This document shows positions 49,987-60,722 of a stretch of DNA of 64,000 nt, in pieces. Origin of the DNA: Bdellovibrionales bacterium (GTDB lineage: Bacteria > Bdellovibrionota > Bdellovibrionia > Bdellovibrionales > DASUEL01); contig JBFWOZ010000008.1 of NCBI GenBank assembly GCA_050250255.1, forward strand, positions 24,516 through 88,515, in the 5' to 3' direction. The stretch's first letter is position 1. Each line of letters opens with the position of its first letter. Position numbers and translations under genes: made by a program. A model generated the notes under the pieces. It saw nothing but the letters and a program-made list of their open reading frames with translations, was not told the origin of the DNA and searched no databases.

Positions 49987-50907
49987 GTGGACATTTCATG
50001 GCTTACCATTCGCGATCTTCAATATATCGTAGCCGTCGCCGAAACGTCTCACTTCGGTCAGGCAGCAAAACAATGTAATGTGAGCCAACCTGCCCTCAGT
50101 ACTCAGATTAAAAAATGCGAAACTCTTCTCGGAGTCGATTTCTTTGAACGCACAAAACGAAAAGTGCTGATTACGGAGTCGGGTCAGAAAATCGTAGAGC
50201 AAGCGAAAAACGTTCTACGAGAAGCTCAAAAAATGGCGGAAGTCGCTCACGCAAAAACCTCCCCACTCACGGGCCAACTTCGTCTTGGAGGAATCGTAAC
50301 GATTAGCCCTTATCTCACTCCTTACTATCTTTCGCCCCTCAAAAAGGCCTATCCCCAATTAGAATTAAGAATTCATGAGGGCTACACCGACACCCTTCTG
50401 AAGGATCTTAAAAAAGGCAGTCTCGATATGGTGATCGCCTCTCCTACTTTTGATGAGGCGGGCTTTGAACTCACTCACCTCTATTTCGAACCCTTTCTTC
50501 TCGCCTACCCTGTGGGTCATCCCGTGGGCAACATCAAAGATCTTACACCTAATAAACTCACCGAAACAGATATGGTGCTACTCAGCGATGGCCATTGCTT
50601 AAGCGATCAAGTCTTACAGGCCTGCTCAAAAATGCGCGGAAAAAGTAGTGCGGATTTTCAAGCGACAAGTCTTATGACGCTTTTGCAGATCGTGGCCACC
50701 GGCACAGGTTACACTGTAATCCCTACTTCAGCAGCAATCGAAGATTCAAGGCTCAAAGGGCTTGTGAAGTTTAAAGATTTTTCGAATAAAAAGACTGGAC
50801 GGATCGTGACGTTAGTGACTCGAGAAGGTTCTTCGATGAGAAAAGATGTGGAAGCGTTTAAAGAAGTGCTTCAAAAACATCTTCCACATGGCACTACGAA
50901 ACTTTAA
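49987..50907 (+). CDS. oxyR: hydrogen-peroxide sensor OxyR (LysR family)
   Basis: HFGQAA..CNVSQPALS HTH; GHCLSDQVLQAC with both redox Cys; divergent from ahpC. Confidence 0.9.
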   Translation: MDISWLTIRDLQYIVAVAETSHFGQAAKQCNVSQPALSTQIKKCETLLGVDFFERTKRKVLITESGQKIVEQAKNVLREAQKMAEVAHAKTSPLTGQLRLGGIVTISPYLTPYYLSPLKKAYPQLELRIHEGYTDTLLKDLKKGSLDMVIASPTFDEAGFELTHLYFEPFLLAYPVGHPVGNIKDLTPNKLTETDMVLLSDGHCLSDQVLQACSKMRGKSSADFQATSLMTLLQIVATGTGYTVIPTSAAIEDSRLKGLVKFKDFSNKKTGRIVTLVTREGSSMRKDVEAFKEVLQKHLPHGTTKL

Positions 50908-52155
50908 TCAATTAGCAGAATAAATTCTCTGACCTTCAAAATAAACATTTTGAACAGGCATTTCACCTACGTGATAAAAAAAGTCTGATGGAGCAGCCTC
51001 GGTCACGAAAAAATCTGCTCTTTTTCCTACGGTTAAACTGCCCAGCACTTTCTCAAGTCCAAGGGCCCATGCGGCTCCCATCGTATAGGCACAAAAAACT
51101 TCGGCTAGAGACATCTTCATTTCTTGACGAGCCAGTAAGCCCGTAAAAGATAAATCTTGAGTGGGCGAACTTCCCGGATTGTAGTCCGTCGCCACCGCAA
51201 CGCGAACCCCCTGATCAATCATTTTGCGCGCTGGAGGGTAATTTATTTTTAAATAAAAATCAGAAGCGGGAAGAAGGACCGCCGTTGTTTGGCACTTTGC
51301 GAGATCCCGAATTTCATCTTCTTGGATATGTACTAAGTGATCCACAGAACGTGCTTTCGCTTCAATCCCTAAACGTGTTCCGCCAGAGTGGCTAAGCTGT
51401 TCTGCGTGCACCACAACGTCAAAGCCAATTTCTTTTGCACGTCGAATGTATTTTTGAGCCAAATCTTTTTCAAAAAAACCTTTTTCGACAAAAATATCGG
51501 CGCGACAAGAGAGCTTGGAACGGTAAATCGCCTCTAGGTCTTTATCGATGATAGTCTGCAAATATTCTTCTAACGAGACTTTTTCGGGAGGACGGGAATG
51601 AGGACCTAAATAGGTCGAAATCACCCGTGGCGATTTTTTATTTTTATTTAACTCTTGATGAATTGAAAGAATCTTTTTTTCATTTTTAAAATCAAGACCA
51701 TATCCTGACTTCGCTTCAACCGTCGTTACCCCTTGAGCTAAAAATTTCTGCAAACGTTTTTCCGCAAGAACCTTTAAAAGGTTAACTGAAGCTTTTCTCG
51801 TGGAGAGAACGGTTTTTTTAATTCCCCCGCCGGCTTCAGCAATTTGACCATAAGTCATTCCCTGCTGGCGAAGTTCATATTCATCCGCTCTCTCGCCCGC
51901 AAACACAAGATGTGTGTGGCATTCTACGAAGGCGGGGAAAACTTTTTTTCCTTTTAAAGAAATTCGTTTTGATTTTTTGTAAGTCGAAGGCAAGCCTTGG
52001 GAAGGCCCTATCCATACAATTTGACCACGCTCCGAAACCAACGAAGCTTTTTTGATGATGAAAAAATCTTTTTCTTCTACACAACGACCTTCTTTTTTCT
52101 GAAAGCCTTCAAACGTGTAGAGCTTTTCGATGTGTTCAAAGACCGTGGCCATCAT
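50908..52155 (-). CDS. hutI: imidazolonepropionase
   Basis: [36 protein letters not shown]. Confidence 0.95.
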   Translation of the reverse strand: MMATVFEHIEKLYTFEGFQKKEGRCVEEKDFFIIKKASLVSERGQIVWIGPSQGLPSTYKKSKRISLKGKKVFPAFVECHTHLVFAGERADEYELRQQGMTYGQIAEAGGGIKKTVLSTRKASVNLLKVLAEKRLQKFLAQGVTTVEAKSGYGLDFKNEKKILSIHQELNKNKKSPRVISTYLGPHSRPPEKVSLEEYLQTIIDKDLEAIYRSKLSCRADIFVEKGFFEKDLAQKYIRRAKEIGFDVVVHAEQLSHSGGTRLGIEAKARSVDHLVHIQEDEIRDLAKCQTTAVLLPASDFYLKINYPPARKMIDQGVRVAVATDYNPGSSPTQDLSFTGLLARQEMKMSLAEVFCAYTMGAAWALGLEKVLGSLTVGKRADFFVTEAAPSDFFYHVGEMPVQNVYFEGQRIYSAN

Positions 52156-53804
52156 TTCTCCAGCCAGAGAGAGTGGACACCACGCTCTTGTCCCACTTGC
52201 ATGGCCTCGGTGTAACCCGCGTCAATATGACGAAAGAGTCCCATCGCAGGATCGGCCGTTAATACACGCTTGAGTCGTGCCGCCGCTTCTGGAGTTCCAT
52301 CGGCCACAATCACCTGACCTGCATGTTGACTGTAACCCATACCAACACCACCGCCGTGATGAAAACTCACCCACGTGGCGCCGCAAGCTGTATTCACAAG
52401 AGCATTAAGAATCGCCCAATCCGAAACCGCATCGGAACCATCTTTCATCGCTTCTGTCTCGCGATTTGGTGAGGCCACACTTCCGCAATCGAGATGATCA
52501 CGACCAATCACGATCGGAGCTTTGAGTTTTCCTTGCGCAACGAGTTCGTTAAATTTTAATCCGGCCTTTGCGCGCTCTCCATATTCCAGCCAACAAATAC
52601 GTGCCGGGAGACCTTGAAATTGAATTCTCTGTTCGGCCATATCAAGCCATTTCAAAAGAGGTTTTTTATCTGGAAAGAGCTCACGTAAAGCATCGTCGGT
52701 CACTTGAATGTCAGCGGGATCGCCGGAGAGAGCCACCCAACGAAAAGGCCCACTGCCCCGGCAAAAAAGCGGGCGTATGTACTCGGGAACAAACCCCGGA
52801 ATATCAAAAGCATTCTTGCAACCCGCCTTAAGCGCTTCCGCACGAATATTATTTCCATAATCGAAAGTGATCGCTCCCATTTTTTGTAGTTCAAGCATTC
52901 CTTCAACGTGTTTTTTCATGCTCATTGTAGAGCGACGAACATACTCTTTAGGATTACCTACTCGAAGTTCAGCAGCCTCCTGAAGAGTCAAATCTTCGGG
53001 AATGTAGCCATTAAGAGGATCATGAGCAGAAGTTTGATCTGTTAACAAGTCGGGAATAAATTTTCGTGTGCGCAATTGGTGAATGACCGTTGCCATATTT
53101 CCCTTAAGTGCAATCGAACGGGCACGTCCCTGCCTGCGATACTCAGAAACGCGTCTTAAAGCATCGTCTAAATTGTCGGCAACTTCATCTACGTACTTTG
53201 TTTCCAGTCTCTTTTGAATTTTTGCGGGATCTACTTCCACCGCAAGTACAACGGCACCGGCAAACACACCCGCAAGAGGTTGTGCTCCGCCCATCCCACC
53301 GAGGCCAGCGGTGACAATGACTCTCCCCTTAAGATCCGAACCAAAATGTTTTCGGCCAGCTTCTACGAAAGTTTCATAAGTTCCTTGGATGATCCCTTGA
53401 GTTCCGATGTAAATCCAAGAACCCGCCGTCATTTGCCCATACATCATGAGACCTTTTTTATCGAGCTCATGAAAGTGTTCCCAGGTCGCCCAATGAGGGA
53501 CGAGATTTGAGTTCGCAATTAAGACTCGCGGGGCATCGGGGTGAGTTTTTAAAATTCCAATCGGCTTTCCAGATTGCACAAGAAGTGTTTCATCATTCTC
53601 TAATGTCGTGAGAGCCTCTAGAATCTTTTCAAAACAGGGCCAGTTGCGTGCGGCTTTTCCAATTCCACCATAAACGACTAAATCCTCAGGTCGCTCTGCC
53701 ACTTGAGGATCAAGATTATTTTGAATCATGCGGTACGCGGCTTCTTGTAACCAACCTTTGCATGACATCTTTGTACCCGTGGGGGCTTTTACCGTGTGTG
53801 ACAT
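52152..53804 (-). CDS. hutU: urocanate hydratase
   Basis: [50 protein letters not shown]. Confidence 0.98.
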   Translation of the reverse strand: MSHTVKAPTGTKMSCKGWLQEAAYRMIQNNLDPQVAERPEDLVVYGGIGKAARNWPCFEKILEALTTLENDETLLVQSGKPIGILKTHPDAPRVLIANSNLVPHWATWEHFHELDKKGLMMYGQMTAGSWIYIGTQGIIQGTYETFVEAGRKHFGSDLKGRVIVTAGLGGMGGAQPLAGVFAGAVVLAVEVDPAKIQKRLETKYVDEVADNLDDALRRVSEYRRQGRARSIALKGNMATVIHQLRTRKFIPDLLTDQTSAHDPLNGYIPEDLTLQEAAELRVGNPKEYVRRSTMSMKKHVEGMLELQKMGAITFDYGNNIRAEALKAGCKNAFDIPGFVPEYIRPLFCRGSGPFRWVALSGDPADIQVTDDALRELFPDKKPLLKWLDMAEQRIQFQGLPARICWLEYGERAKAGLKFNELVAQGKLKAPIVIGRDHLDCGSVASPNRETEAMKDGSDAVSDWAILNALVNTACGATWVSFHHGGGVGMGYSQHAGQVIVADGTPEAAARLKRVLTADPAMGLFRHIDAGYTEAMQVGQERGVHSLWLEK

Positions 53805-53831
53805 AGCTCTACCTCTTAATAGGTTACGACT

Positions 53832-55370
53832 TTACAATATTTCAATATCTGGATGTTCTTTGATGAGAAGTTGGTACAATTCATCATTCTCAATGAGTTC
53901 TAAAACTTCTTTGATATCGAGAGAAAAGTTACGATCATTCTCCGCATACGGAACTTTTTTACGAATGAGTGCATAGACCGCCTCAATCATCTTTGTGGAT
54001 TTTTGAGGTCTTGAAAAATCAAGCCCTTGGCAGGCCGCCATCAACTCCATCGCCACAACAGTTTTTGTATTTTTCAAAATCTGAGTGAGCTTTCGTGCTG
54101 CGATCGTTCCCATACTGACGTGATCTTCTTTGTCCGCACTCGTCGGAATGCTATCCACACTCGCGGGATGACTGAGAACTTTGTTTTCACTCACGAGTGA
54201 AGCCGCCGCCACGTGCACAATCATGTAACCGCTATTAAGCCCGCCGTTTTTTGTTAAAAATGCGGGCAGACCGCTGAGCGCCGGATTGATGAGTTTTTCA
54301 ATTCGTCGCTCCGAAATGCTCGAGAGGGCCGTTAAGGAAATCGCGAGATAGTCGAGAGAAAAAGCGATCGGCATTCCGTGAAAGTTGCCGCAGGATACGA
54401 TTTTTTCTGACTCTGAAAATACGAGAGGATTATCTGTAGAGGAATTCGCCTCAATTTCTAATTTCTCAAGCACGAATTTCAAAGTGTCTTTCACTGCCCC
54501 ATGAACCGCTGGCATACAGCGAAGAGAATAAGCATCTTGGACTTTGTCACAATCCGCATGTCCGCGAGCGATTTCTGATTCGGGGCTTAAAAACTTTAAA
54601 AGATTGCGCGCGGTTTTGGCTTCTCCCGGATGAGGACGCGAGGCCGTAATCTGTGGATCAAAAGGAGTGCGACTCCCATGAAGAGCTTCGAGAGTCATAG
54701 CTCCCGCTAGATCCGCAAGAGCGCAGATACGTTGTGCACGGTAGGCGTTGAGAAGACCAACTCCCGTCATCACCTGGCATCCGTTAATAAGAGAAAGCCC
54801 TTCTTTTGCCTGCAGCTCCAGCGGCTGAATATTTTTTTTCTGTAAGTAGGGCGCTGTCTCACCCGGTTTCCCATCGATCCAAACTTGGCCTTCGCCGATG
54901 AGAGCTAATGCTAAATGAGAGAGCGGAGCTAAATCTCCGCTCGCACCGACACTTCCTTTTTGCGGAATGACGGGAATCACGTCTTCATTTAAAAACTCCA
55001 AGATTTTTTCTACAACGAGAGTTCGGATCCCACTATGTCCTCGCGCCAGTGCGTTGGCACGTAAAAGCATAATCGAGCGAGTTTCCTCTTCGGTAAAAGG
55101 ATCGCCAATGCCCACCGAATGAGAGCGAATCAGATTTTTTTGTAATTGTACGATATCTTTTTTATCAATCTTTGTTTGGCTGAGATAACCAAAGCCCGTA
55201 TTTACACCGTAGACCGTGAGACCTTCATCCATCTGTTTTTCGATATATGTACGCGAGTGTTCCATCTTCTTTTTTGACTCGGGAGCCAGCTGTACTGAAG
55301 ACTTGCGGTTTTGAGCCACGGCCCATACATCCTTCATATTCAGCTGTTCACCATCTAAAATTAATTTCAT
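53832..55370 (-). CDS. hutH: histidine ammonia-lyase
   Basis: YGVNTGFG, GSVGASGDLAPL (MIO ASG), QDAYSLRC, GNFHG, EDHVSMG. Confidence 0.97.
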   Translation of the reverse strand: MKLILDGEQLNMKDVWAVAQNRKSSVQLAPESKKKMEHSRTYIEKQMDEGLTVYGVNTGFGYLSQTKIDKKDIVQLQKNLIRSHSVGIGDPFTEEETRSIMLLRANALARGHSGIRTLVVEKILEFLNEDVIPVIPQKGSVGASGDLAPLSHLALALIGEGQVWIDGKPGETAPYLQKKNIQPLELQAKEGLSLINGCQVMTGVGLLNAYRAQRICALADLAGAMTLEALHGSRTPFDPQITASRPHPGEAKTARNLLKFLSPESEIARGHADCDKVQDAYSLRCMPAVHGAVKDTLKFVLEKLEIEANSSTDNPLVFSESEKIVSCGNFHGMPIAFSLDYLAISLTALSSISERRIEKLINPALSGLPAFLTKNGGLNSGYMIVHVAAASLVSENKVLSHPASVDSIPTSADKEDHVSMGTIAARKLTQILKNTKTVVAMELMAACQGLDFSRPQKSTKMIEAVYALIRKKVPYAENDRNFSLDIKEVLELIENDELYQLLIKEHPDIEIL

Positions 55371-55380
55371 GGAGTTCCCC

Positions 55381-56037
55381 TTACGACAAGGATTTCAGAA
55401 AATGAATGCTTTTCTGATAGTCATTTTTAAAAATATAATTTCCGGCAACAAACACATTTGCACCCGCTTTTCGACAGAGAGGAGCTGTCACTTCATTCAC
55501 TCCTCCATCAACTTGAATATGTGCAGAAGAATTCAAACGATCGAGCTCACGTCTCACGATACTGATTTTATCGATCTGATCTTCCATAAAACTTTGCCCG
55601 CTAAACCCAGGCTCTACCGTCATGATCAAAATCATATCCACATCTTTCAAATAAGGCAGAATGCGATCTATCGCTGTCGACGGACGCAAAGTGAGTCCCA
55701 CCTTCACATTGTGAGATCGAATGAGTGAGAAAGTTTTTCGCGGATCTGTCAGCACTTCAATATGCACGGTGAGAATGTCGCTGCCTGCTTTCGCAAATTC
55801 TGGAATGTACTGATCAGGATGTTTAATCATCAGGTGTACATCCATCACGTTTTTCGTCAGCGGCCTTAAGCTTTTCACCACCGAGGGTCCAATCGTAATG
55901 TTCGGAACAAAATGTCCATCCATCACATCCACGTGAATCCAATCGGCCCCTGCTTTTGTCACAAGATCTATCTCTTCACCCAATTTTGAAAAATCCGCTG
56001 ACAATATGCTGGGAGAAACGTGAATAGGTTGGCTCAT
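55381..56037 (-). CDS. rpe: ribulose-phosphate 3-epimerase
   Basis: PSILSADF, HVDVMDGHFVPN, DVHLM, MTVEPGF, VDGG. Confidence 0.97.
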   Translation of the reverse strand: MSQPIHVSPSILSADFSKLGEEIDLVTKAGADWIHVDVMDGHFVPNITIGPSVVKSLRPLTKNVMDVHLMIKHPDQYIPEFAKAGSDILTVHIEVLTDPRKTFSLIRSHNVKVGLTLRPSTAIDRILPYLKDVDMILIMTVEPGFSGQSFMEDQIDKISIVRRELDRLNSSAHIQVDGGVNEVTAPLCRKAGANVFVAGNYIFKNDYQKSIHFLKSLS

Positions 56038-56972
56038 AGAGATTCTCCTACTTTAAGTGTGTGACCCTTTAAGTACTCACTCACGGGCATCGCGGCTTTA
56101 CTTTCGGGTTGCACCATGTCGATTTCCAATGCGTTTTGTCCACAAGCGACGATAAAGAAAGTTTTTCCAACTTCAAGCAGTTGGCCCGGCTTCGCTTGAG
56201 AAGAAGTTTTCTTCACTCTACATGATTTGATTTTTAAAATTTTTCCATCGCGAAGAGTCCAGCTTCCCGGCCAGAGATAAAGCCCGCGGAATTCGTTACA
56301 AATTTGCAAAGCGGGCTTTGACCAATCAATAAGTCCTTCTTCTTTTTTAATTTTAGGGGCGATGGTGATTTGAGATTCGTCTTGATCGTGAGGAGCTAAG
56401 TGTCCTCGGAGGTAGTCCGCAAGTTCTACTTCTAAAAGTTCAGGCCCAAGAAGTTTTAATTTTTCGTAAAGAGTATCCGCACGAATTTTGTCGTCGAGCG
56501 CAAACTTTCTCACACCGATTACGGCGCCCGCATCAAGCTTCGGTACGATCACCTGAAGAGCGACACCCGTTTCTTGATCTCCCTCCATGAGCGAACGTTG
56601 AATCGGAGCGGCTCCTCTCCATCGCGGGAGGAGACTCGCATGAACATTCACTGCTTTACCCGGAAAGAGATCTAAAAAACTTTGCGGTAATATCTGTCCG
56701 TAAGCCACCACCACAGCAACTTCGGCTTGCCAATCGGCAATCTGTTTTAAGGCGTCGGCCTCTTTGACTTTTTCAGGTGTCAAAACAGGAATTTGGTGAC
56801 GAAGCGCGAGCTCCTTCACGGGACTTGCTTTCAACTTCATCTGTCGACCCGCCGGTCGATCTGGTTGAGTGACGACCCCTACGACATCAAAGTGTTCGTC
56901 CGTTAAAAGCTTCTCGAGGCAAGGAACCGCAAAATCCGGTGTCCCTAAAAAAACGGTTTTAAATCGGCTCAT
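56034..56972 (-). CDS. fmt: methionyl-tRNA formyltransferase
   Basis: GTPDFA, TQPDRP.GR, NVHASLLPRWRGAAPIQ, LDAG. Confidence 0.97.
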   Translation of the reverse strand: MSRFKTVFLGTPDFAVPCLEKLLTDEHFDVVGVVTQPDRPAGRQMKLKASPVKELALRHQIPVLTPEKVKEADALKQIADWQAEVAVVVAYGQILPQSFLDLFPGKAVNVHASLLPRWRGAAPIQRSLMEGDQETGVALQVIVPKLDAGAVIGVRKFALDDKIRADTLYEKLKLLGPELLEVELADYLRGHLAPHDQDESQITIAPKIKKEEGLIDWSKPALQICNEFRGLYLWPGSWTLRDGKILKIKSCRVKKTSSQAKPGQLLEVGKTFFIVACGQNALEIDMVQPESKAAMPVSEYLKGHTLKVGESL

Positions 56973-57559
56973 GTGCGCACCGATTTCGAAGGGTCACGAC
57001 CCTTGGGATATTTTGGATATCCATGTTTTTTGATCTTTTGTTTCAGCATGTTTCTACGAATGGGCGACAGACGATCTATAAAAAGATTCCCATCAAGATG
57101 ATCACATTCATGCTGTAGACAAATCGCGAGAAGCCCATCAGCTTCGATCTCGACCGTCTCCCCTTTTTCGTTCATGGCTCGCGCGGTTACAAACTCATGA
57201 CGTTTCACAAGATCAATGTAACCCGGGACACTCAAACAACCCTCTTCCGAGTTGGCTTGCCCACTCGTTTTTAATATTTCCAGGTTAAAGAGAATGAGGG
57301 GGAAGGTTAATTTTTTTTCTGATTCCGAAAGCTCGTTCTCGATCACTTCGCCTTTTTTGTCGCGCGATCTCGTATCGATCACCGCCAAACGTTCTGGCCG
57401 ACCAATTTGATTCGCCGCTAATCCTACACCTGGGGCATCATACATGGTTTCAATCATGTCTTGCGCCAGAACTAAAAGCTCCGGCGTAACGGTCTTCACC
57501 GTCTCTGCCTTTTTAGACAGAATAGGATTTGGAAAATGCACAAGTTCTAAAATGGCCAT
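56969..57559 (-). CDS. def: peptide deformylase
   Basis: GVGLAANQ, EGCLS, QHECDHL. Confidence 0.97.
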   Translation of the reverse strand: MAILELVHFPNPILSKKAETVKTVTPELLVLAQDMIETMYDAPGVGLAANQIGRPERLAVIDTRSRDKKGEVIENELSESEKKLTFPLILFNLEILKTSGQANSEEGCLSVPGYIDLVKRHEFVTARAMNEKGETVEIEADGLLAICLQHECDHLDGNLFIDRLSPIRRNMLKQKIKKHGYPKYPKGRDPSKSVRT

Positions 57560-57602
57560 TGGTGTTTGGTTCTACCGGAAGAACGGGCTGTTGAAAAGCC
57601 AG

Positions 57603-58685
57603 TTAGCGTTTAAGACGCAAGAGAAGAACAAGAGCTGCAAGAGACATTAAAACATTAGGAGCCCAAGCCGCAAAAATGGGATGAAGGGCTCCATGTCGAC
57701 CCAAAGTCAGACCCGAACTGTAGAGAGCCCAATAGAGAAAAGCGAGGCCTAAACAGATTCCCACCCCTCTTGCCCAGCTTCCCGAACGGGCTTTGCCCAC
57801 GCTAAAAGGGATACTTAAAAAACACATCACAAACCCGGCAAGAGCAAAGCTAAACTTCGCTTGTAGATCCACTTCATAGCGCACGGTGTCCAAACCTGCT
57901 TCCTTGTTCTTTTTGATGAACTTAGAAAGCTCTCCTACCCTTAGGGTTTCAGAGGTACTGACGGTCGACTGTAGATCACCCATGTCTTCTTCAATAGTGA
58001 TGCTTTTCAGTTTAAAGGATTTGGTGAGAGGAAAGCTGGACTCCTCTACAAAGACCGTCACGGTCCCGTTCTCTAACTCCCAGTTGTGACCTTCACGGAT
58101 GTGAACTTTTTCAGCATTCACGAGCTGAATGAGCTCCCAGTTTTGATCAAAATAATAAAAAGTCGCGTTCTGAGCAACTTTGGTTTCTGGATTGAGCGTC
58201 TTGATGTTAAAGAGAATATTCCCGCTTCGATACCAAATTTTATTCGTCTTTACCGTCGAGTATCGCCCTGGCTGTTTCTTAATTTCAACATACTCAACAT
58301 AGGATTTCTTTTGAGAAAAGACCGGGATCAGCCAATCACCCGCGAAAAAAGAAATAGCAGAGATAATGGCGACGAGGGATAGAATGGGAGTGCTGATCCT
58401 CGCAAGGCTCATACCGGTACTAAAAAGTGCCGTAAGCTCGTTAGAACGGCTCATCGTTCCGAGTGTAAAAATGCAAGCAACCAGGCATCCAACGGGAATC
58501 ATTTCGTAGAGAAAGTTGGGAAGTGAATAGATGTAATAGCTAAAGAGGGTGCCCATTGGAACGTCGTATTGAACCGCAAGAGAAGTCGCATCGGCAGTGA
58601 TTCTAAGAGTTAGAAAGACGATCAGTCCGCTGATAAAATACGTCAAAAATAGCTTAGAGATGTAACGATCTATGAGGTTTATCAC
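57603..58685 (-). CDS. lptG: LPS export ABC permease LptG (LptF/G family)
   Basis: IDRYI, NELTAL..G.S, 3+3 TM around a beta-jellyroll region, AAWAPN. Confidence 0.85.
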   Translation of the reverse strand: MINLIDRYISKLFLTYFISGLIVFLTLRITADATSLAVQYDVPMGTLFSYYIYSLPNFLYEMIPVGCLVACIFTLGTMSRSNELTALFSTGMSLARISTPILSLVAIISAISFFAGDWLIPVFSQKKSYVEYVEIKKQPGRYSTVKTNKIWYRSGNILFNIKTLNPETKVAQNATFYYFDQNWELIQLVNAEKVHIREGHNWELENGTVTVFVEESSFPLTKSFKLKSITIEEDMGDLQSTVSTSETLRVGELSKFIKKNKEAGLDTVRYEVDLQAKFSFALAGFVMCFLSIPFSVGKARSGSWARGVGICLGLAFLYWALYSSGLTLGRHGALHPIFAAWAPNVLMSLAALVLLLRLKR

Positions 58686-58806
58686 GAATTTTTAGTTTAG
58701 GCCGTATCTGAGAAATTTCCTAAGGTTTCGCATAATTTCCTTCTTCTTTATCCGAGGCGTCGAGGAGGAGGTTGACTCGCCTTTTTAATCGTCGTTAACT
58801 GAGAGC

Positions 58807-59889
58807 ATGGCATTACGCGTCTTGTTGGCAGACGAGAGCCCGACAATCAAAAAAGTCATGCAAATTTCATTGCAGGATTTTGGGGTGGATCTCAAAACGG
58901 TCCAGCTCGGCATTGACGTGCTTCAAGTGGCAAAACAATTTCAGCCCGACATTATTTTCGTCGACGTTCTCTTACAGAAAAAAAATGGTTACGAAGTTTG
59001 CCAACTTTTGAAAGCGGATAAAGAAACGAACGCCATCCCCGTCGTGTTGATGTGGAGTGGATTCATGGATTTGGATGATACCAAATTTACTGAATGTGGA
59101 GCCAACCACCAACTTGAAAAACCATTCGATGCCGATGCCTTAAGAAATATTGTAAAAACTTTCGTAAAAAAAACAGGCTCTCAAGATCTTGCAAAGTTTC
59201 TTGTGTTTCCCGAATCTGGCGAAGAGGGATCAAAAAAAGCGTCGGCTCCTCAACATCGAGAACTCCCACCAGAGGCAACAGCCGCGACTCAAATGGCTTC
59301 CTCTACAGGTTCTATAAAACCACCACCCGCGCCGCCCACAACTCCTCGCAATTGGAATATGGATAGCTTTGAAGACATGGATCAATTTAAAGAATTTGAT
59401 CGCAACAGTGTTTTAGGAGGTACGGTGAATTTATCAGATGACCTTTCTGTACCGATGTCTGCTGAAGCTCCCGCGCTACAAACCGAAAAGCACAGTTCAC
59501 CGCCACTCGATGTGGATGGGTTTACGCATCGATCTCTTAAAAAATTGGGGAAAGAAATCCGCAAGCAGGAGCCAGAAGAGTCGCTCAATCAAAGCCACAC
59601 TCCAGAAGATCAACTTTCTCATACCGAGCTTCTCGCGAGCGTGGCAATGAACGAAAAGGATTTGCAGAAATTAAAAGTGGAGAAAGCAGCTTCTCAGGCG
59701 AAAGCACCTGTGACTCAAGATCCTTTCATGGCTTCCATGCCCCAGCTGTCTGAAGAACAGATCGAACTGATCATTCGCTCTCAAAGTAAAGAAATCATCG
59801 AGAAAATTGTTTGGAAGCTAGTGCCTGACATTGCTCAACAGCTGATTAAAAAAGAAATCAGCCGCTTGATGGACGAAACAAAGCTATAA
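58807..59889 (+). CDS. romR: RomR-like response regulator (REC, Pro-rich linker, conserved C-terminal helix)
   Basis: LLADES.TI.KV REC start; C-terminal EIIEKIVWKLVPDIAQQLIKKEISRL resembles RomR-C. Confidence 0.75.
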   Translation: MALRVLLADESPTIKKVMQISLQDFGVDLKTVQLGIDVLQVAKQFQPDIIFVDVLLQKKNGYEVCQLLKADKETNAIPVVLMWSGFMDLDDTKFTECGANHQLEKPFDADALRNIVKTFVKKTGSQDLAKFLVFPESGEEGSKKASAPQHRELPPEATAATQMASSTGSIKPPPAPPTTPRNWNMDSFEDMDQFKEFDRNSVLGGTVNLSDDLSVPMSAEAPALQTEKHSSPPLDVDGFTHRSLKKLGKEIRKQEPEESLNQSHTPEDQLSHTELLASVAMNEKDLQKLKVEKAASQAKAPVTQDPFMASMPQLSEEQIELIIRSQSKEIIEKIVWKLVPDIAQQLIKKEISRLMDETKL

Positions 59890-59899
59890 AGAGTTCCCC

Positions 59900-60721
59900 A
59901 TGGATATCAATATTTTAATTGCTGAGGCCGTGAACGAAGATTCACCCACCGGCGATCTCACAACCGACAATTTAAATCTGCAAGATCGAGATGTGCGAGC
60001 CAAGCTTGTCGCAAAAGAAGATCTGATTCTTTCCGGTACAGTACTTTTTGAAAAAGTAGTTTTGCATTTTGATCCCGCAGCTGTAATACGCTGGGAATTT
60101 AAAGACACCCAGCTCGTTCTCAAAGGGCAAACCATCTGCGTGACCAAGGCAAAGGCCGCACCTCTCTTAAAAGCCGAGAGAATTGCGCTTAATTTTTTAG
60201 GTCATCTTTCGGGGATTGCCACTCTCACCCGTTGTTACGTTGATAAGATCAGGCATACAAAAACAAAAATTCTCGACACACGCAAAACTCTCCCTGGCTA
60301 CCGCTCTTTACAAAAACAAGCGGTCCGCGACGGTGGAGGCATGAATCACCGGATGAACTTAAGTTCCGCAGTGATGATTAAAGACAACCACATACAAGCA
60401 GCGGGTGGGATCACAAAAGCCGTAGAGTTAATTCGCGAAAAAACGGCAGAGCCCATCGAAGTGGAAACCACCACATTAGAACAAGTAAAAGAAGCTGTCT
60501 CACTTAAAGTTTCGCGTATCATGCTCGACAATATGTCGTCCGCACAAATGAAAGAAGCTCTGGCGCTGATTCCAACAGCGATTGAAAGTGAAGCCAGCGG
60601 GAATATGAATTTAGATCGCATCAGAGAAATCGCAGAACTAGGGGTCGATTACATCAGCGTGGGCGCACTCACTCACTCGAGTCCCACAGCCGACATCAGC
60701 CTGAAAGTAGAATGGGACTAG
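59900..60721 (+). CDS. nadC: quinolinate phosphoribosyltransferase
   Basis: ED...GDLT, ERIALN, DTRKTLPG, HR..L, KDNH, EVE, MLDN, ISVGALTHS. Confidence 0.96.
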   Translation: MDINILIAEAVNEDSPTGDLTTDNLNLQDRDVRAKLVAKEDLILSGTVLFEKVVLHFDPAAVIRWEFKDTQLVLKGQTICVTKAKAAPLLKAERIALNFLGHLSGIATLTRCYVDKIRHTKTKILDTRKTLPGYRSLQKQAVRDGGGMNHRMNLSSAVMIKDNHIQAAGGITKAVELIREKTAEPIEVETTTLEQVKEAVSLKVSRIMLDNMSSAQMKEALALIPTAIESEASGNMNLDRIREIAELGVDYISVGALTHSSPTADISLKVEWD

Positions 60722-60722
60722 T

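Noticed and set aside
57359..57368. TGTCGCGCGA, partial match to the HNH palindrome inside def
   Set aside because: Only 10 nt, right arm broken, inside a conserved gene; compatible with chance.
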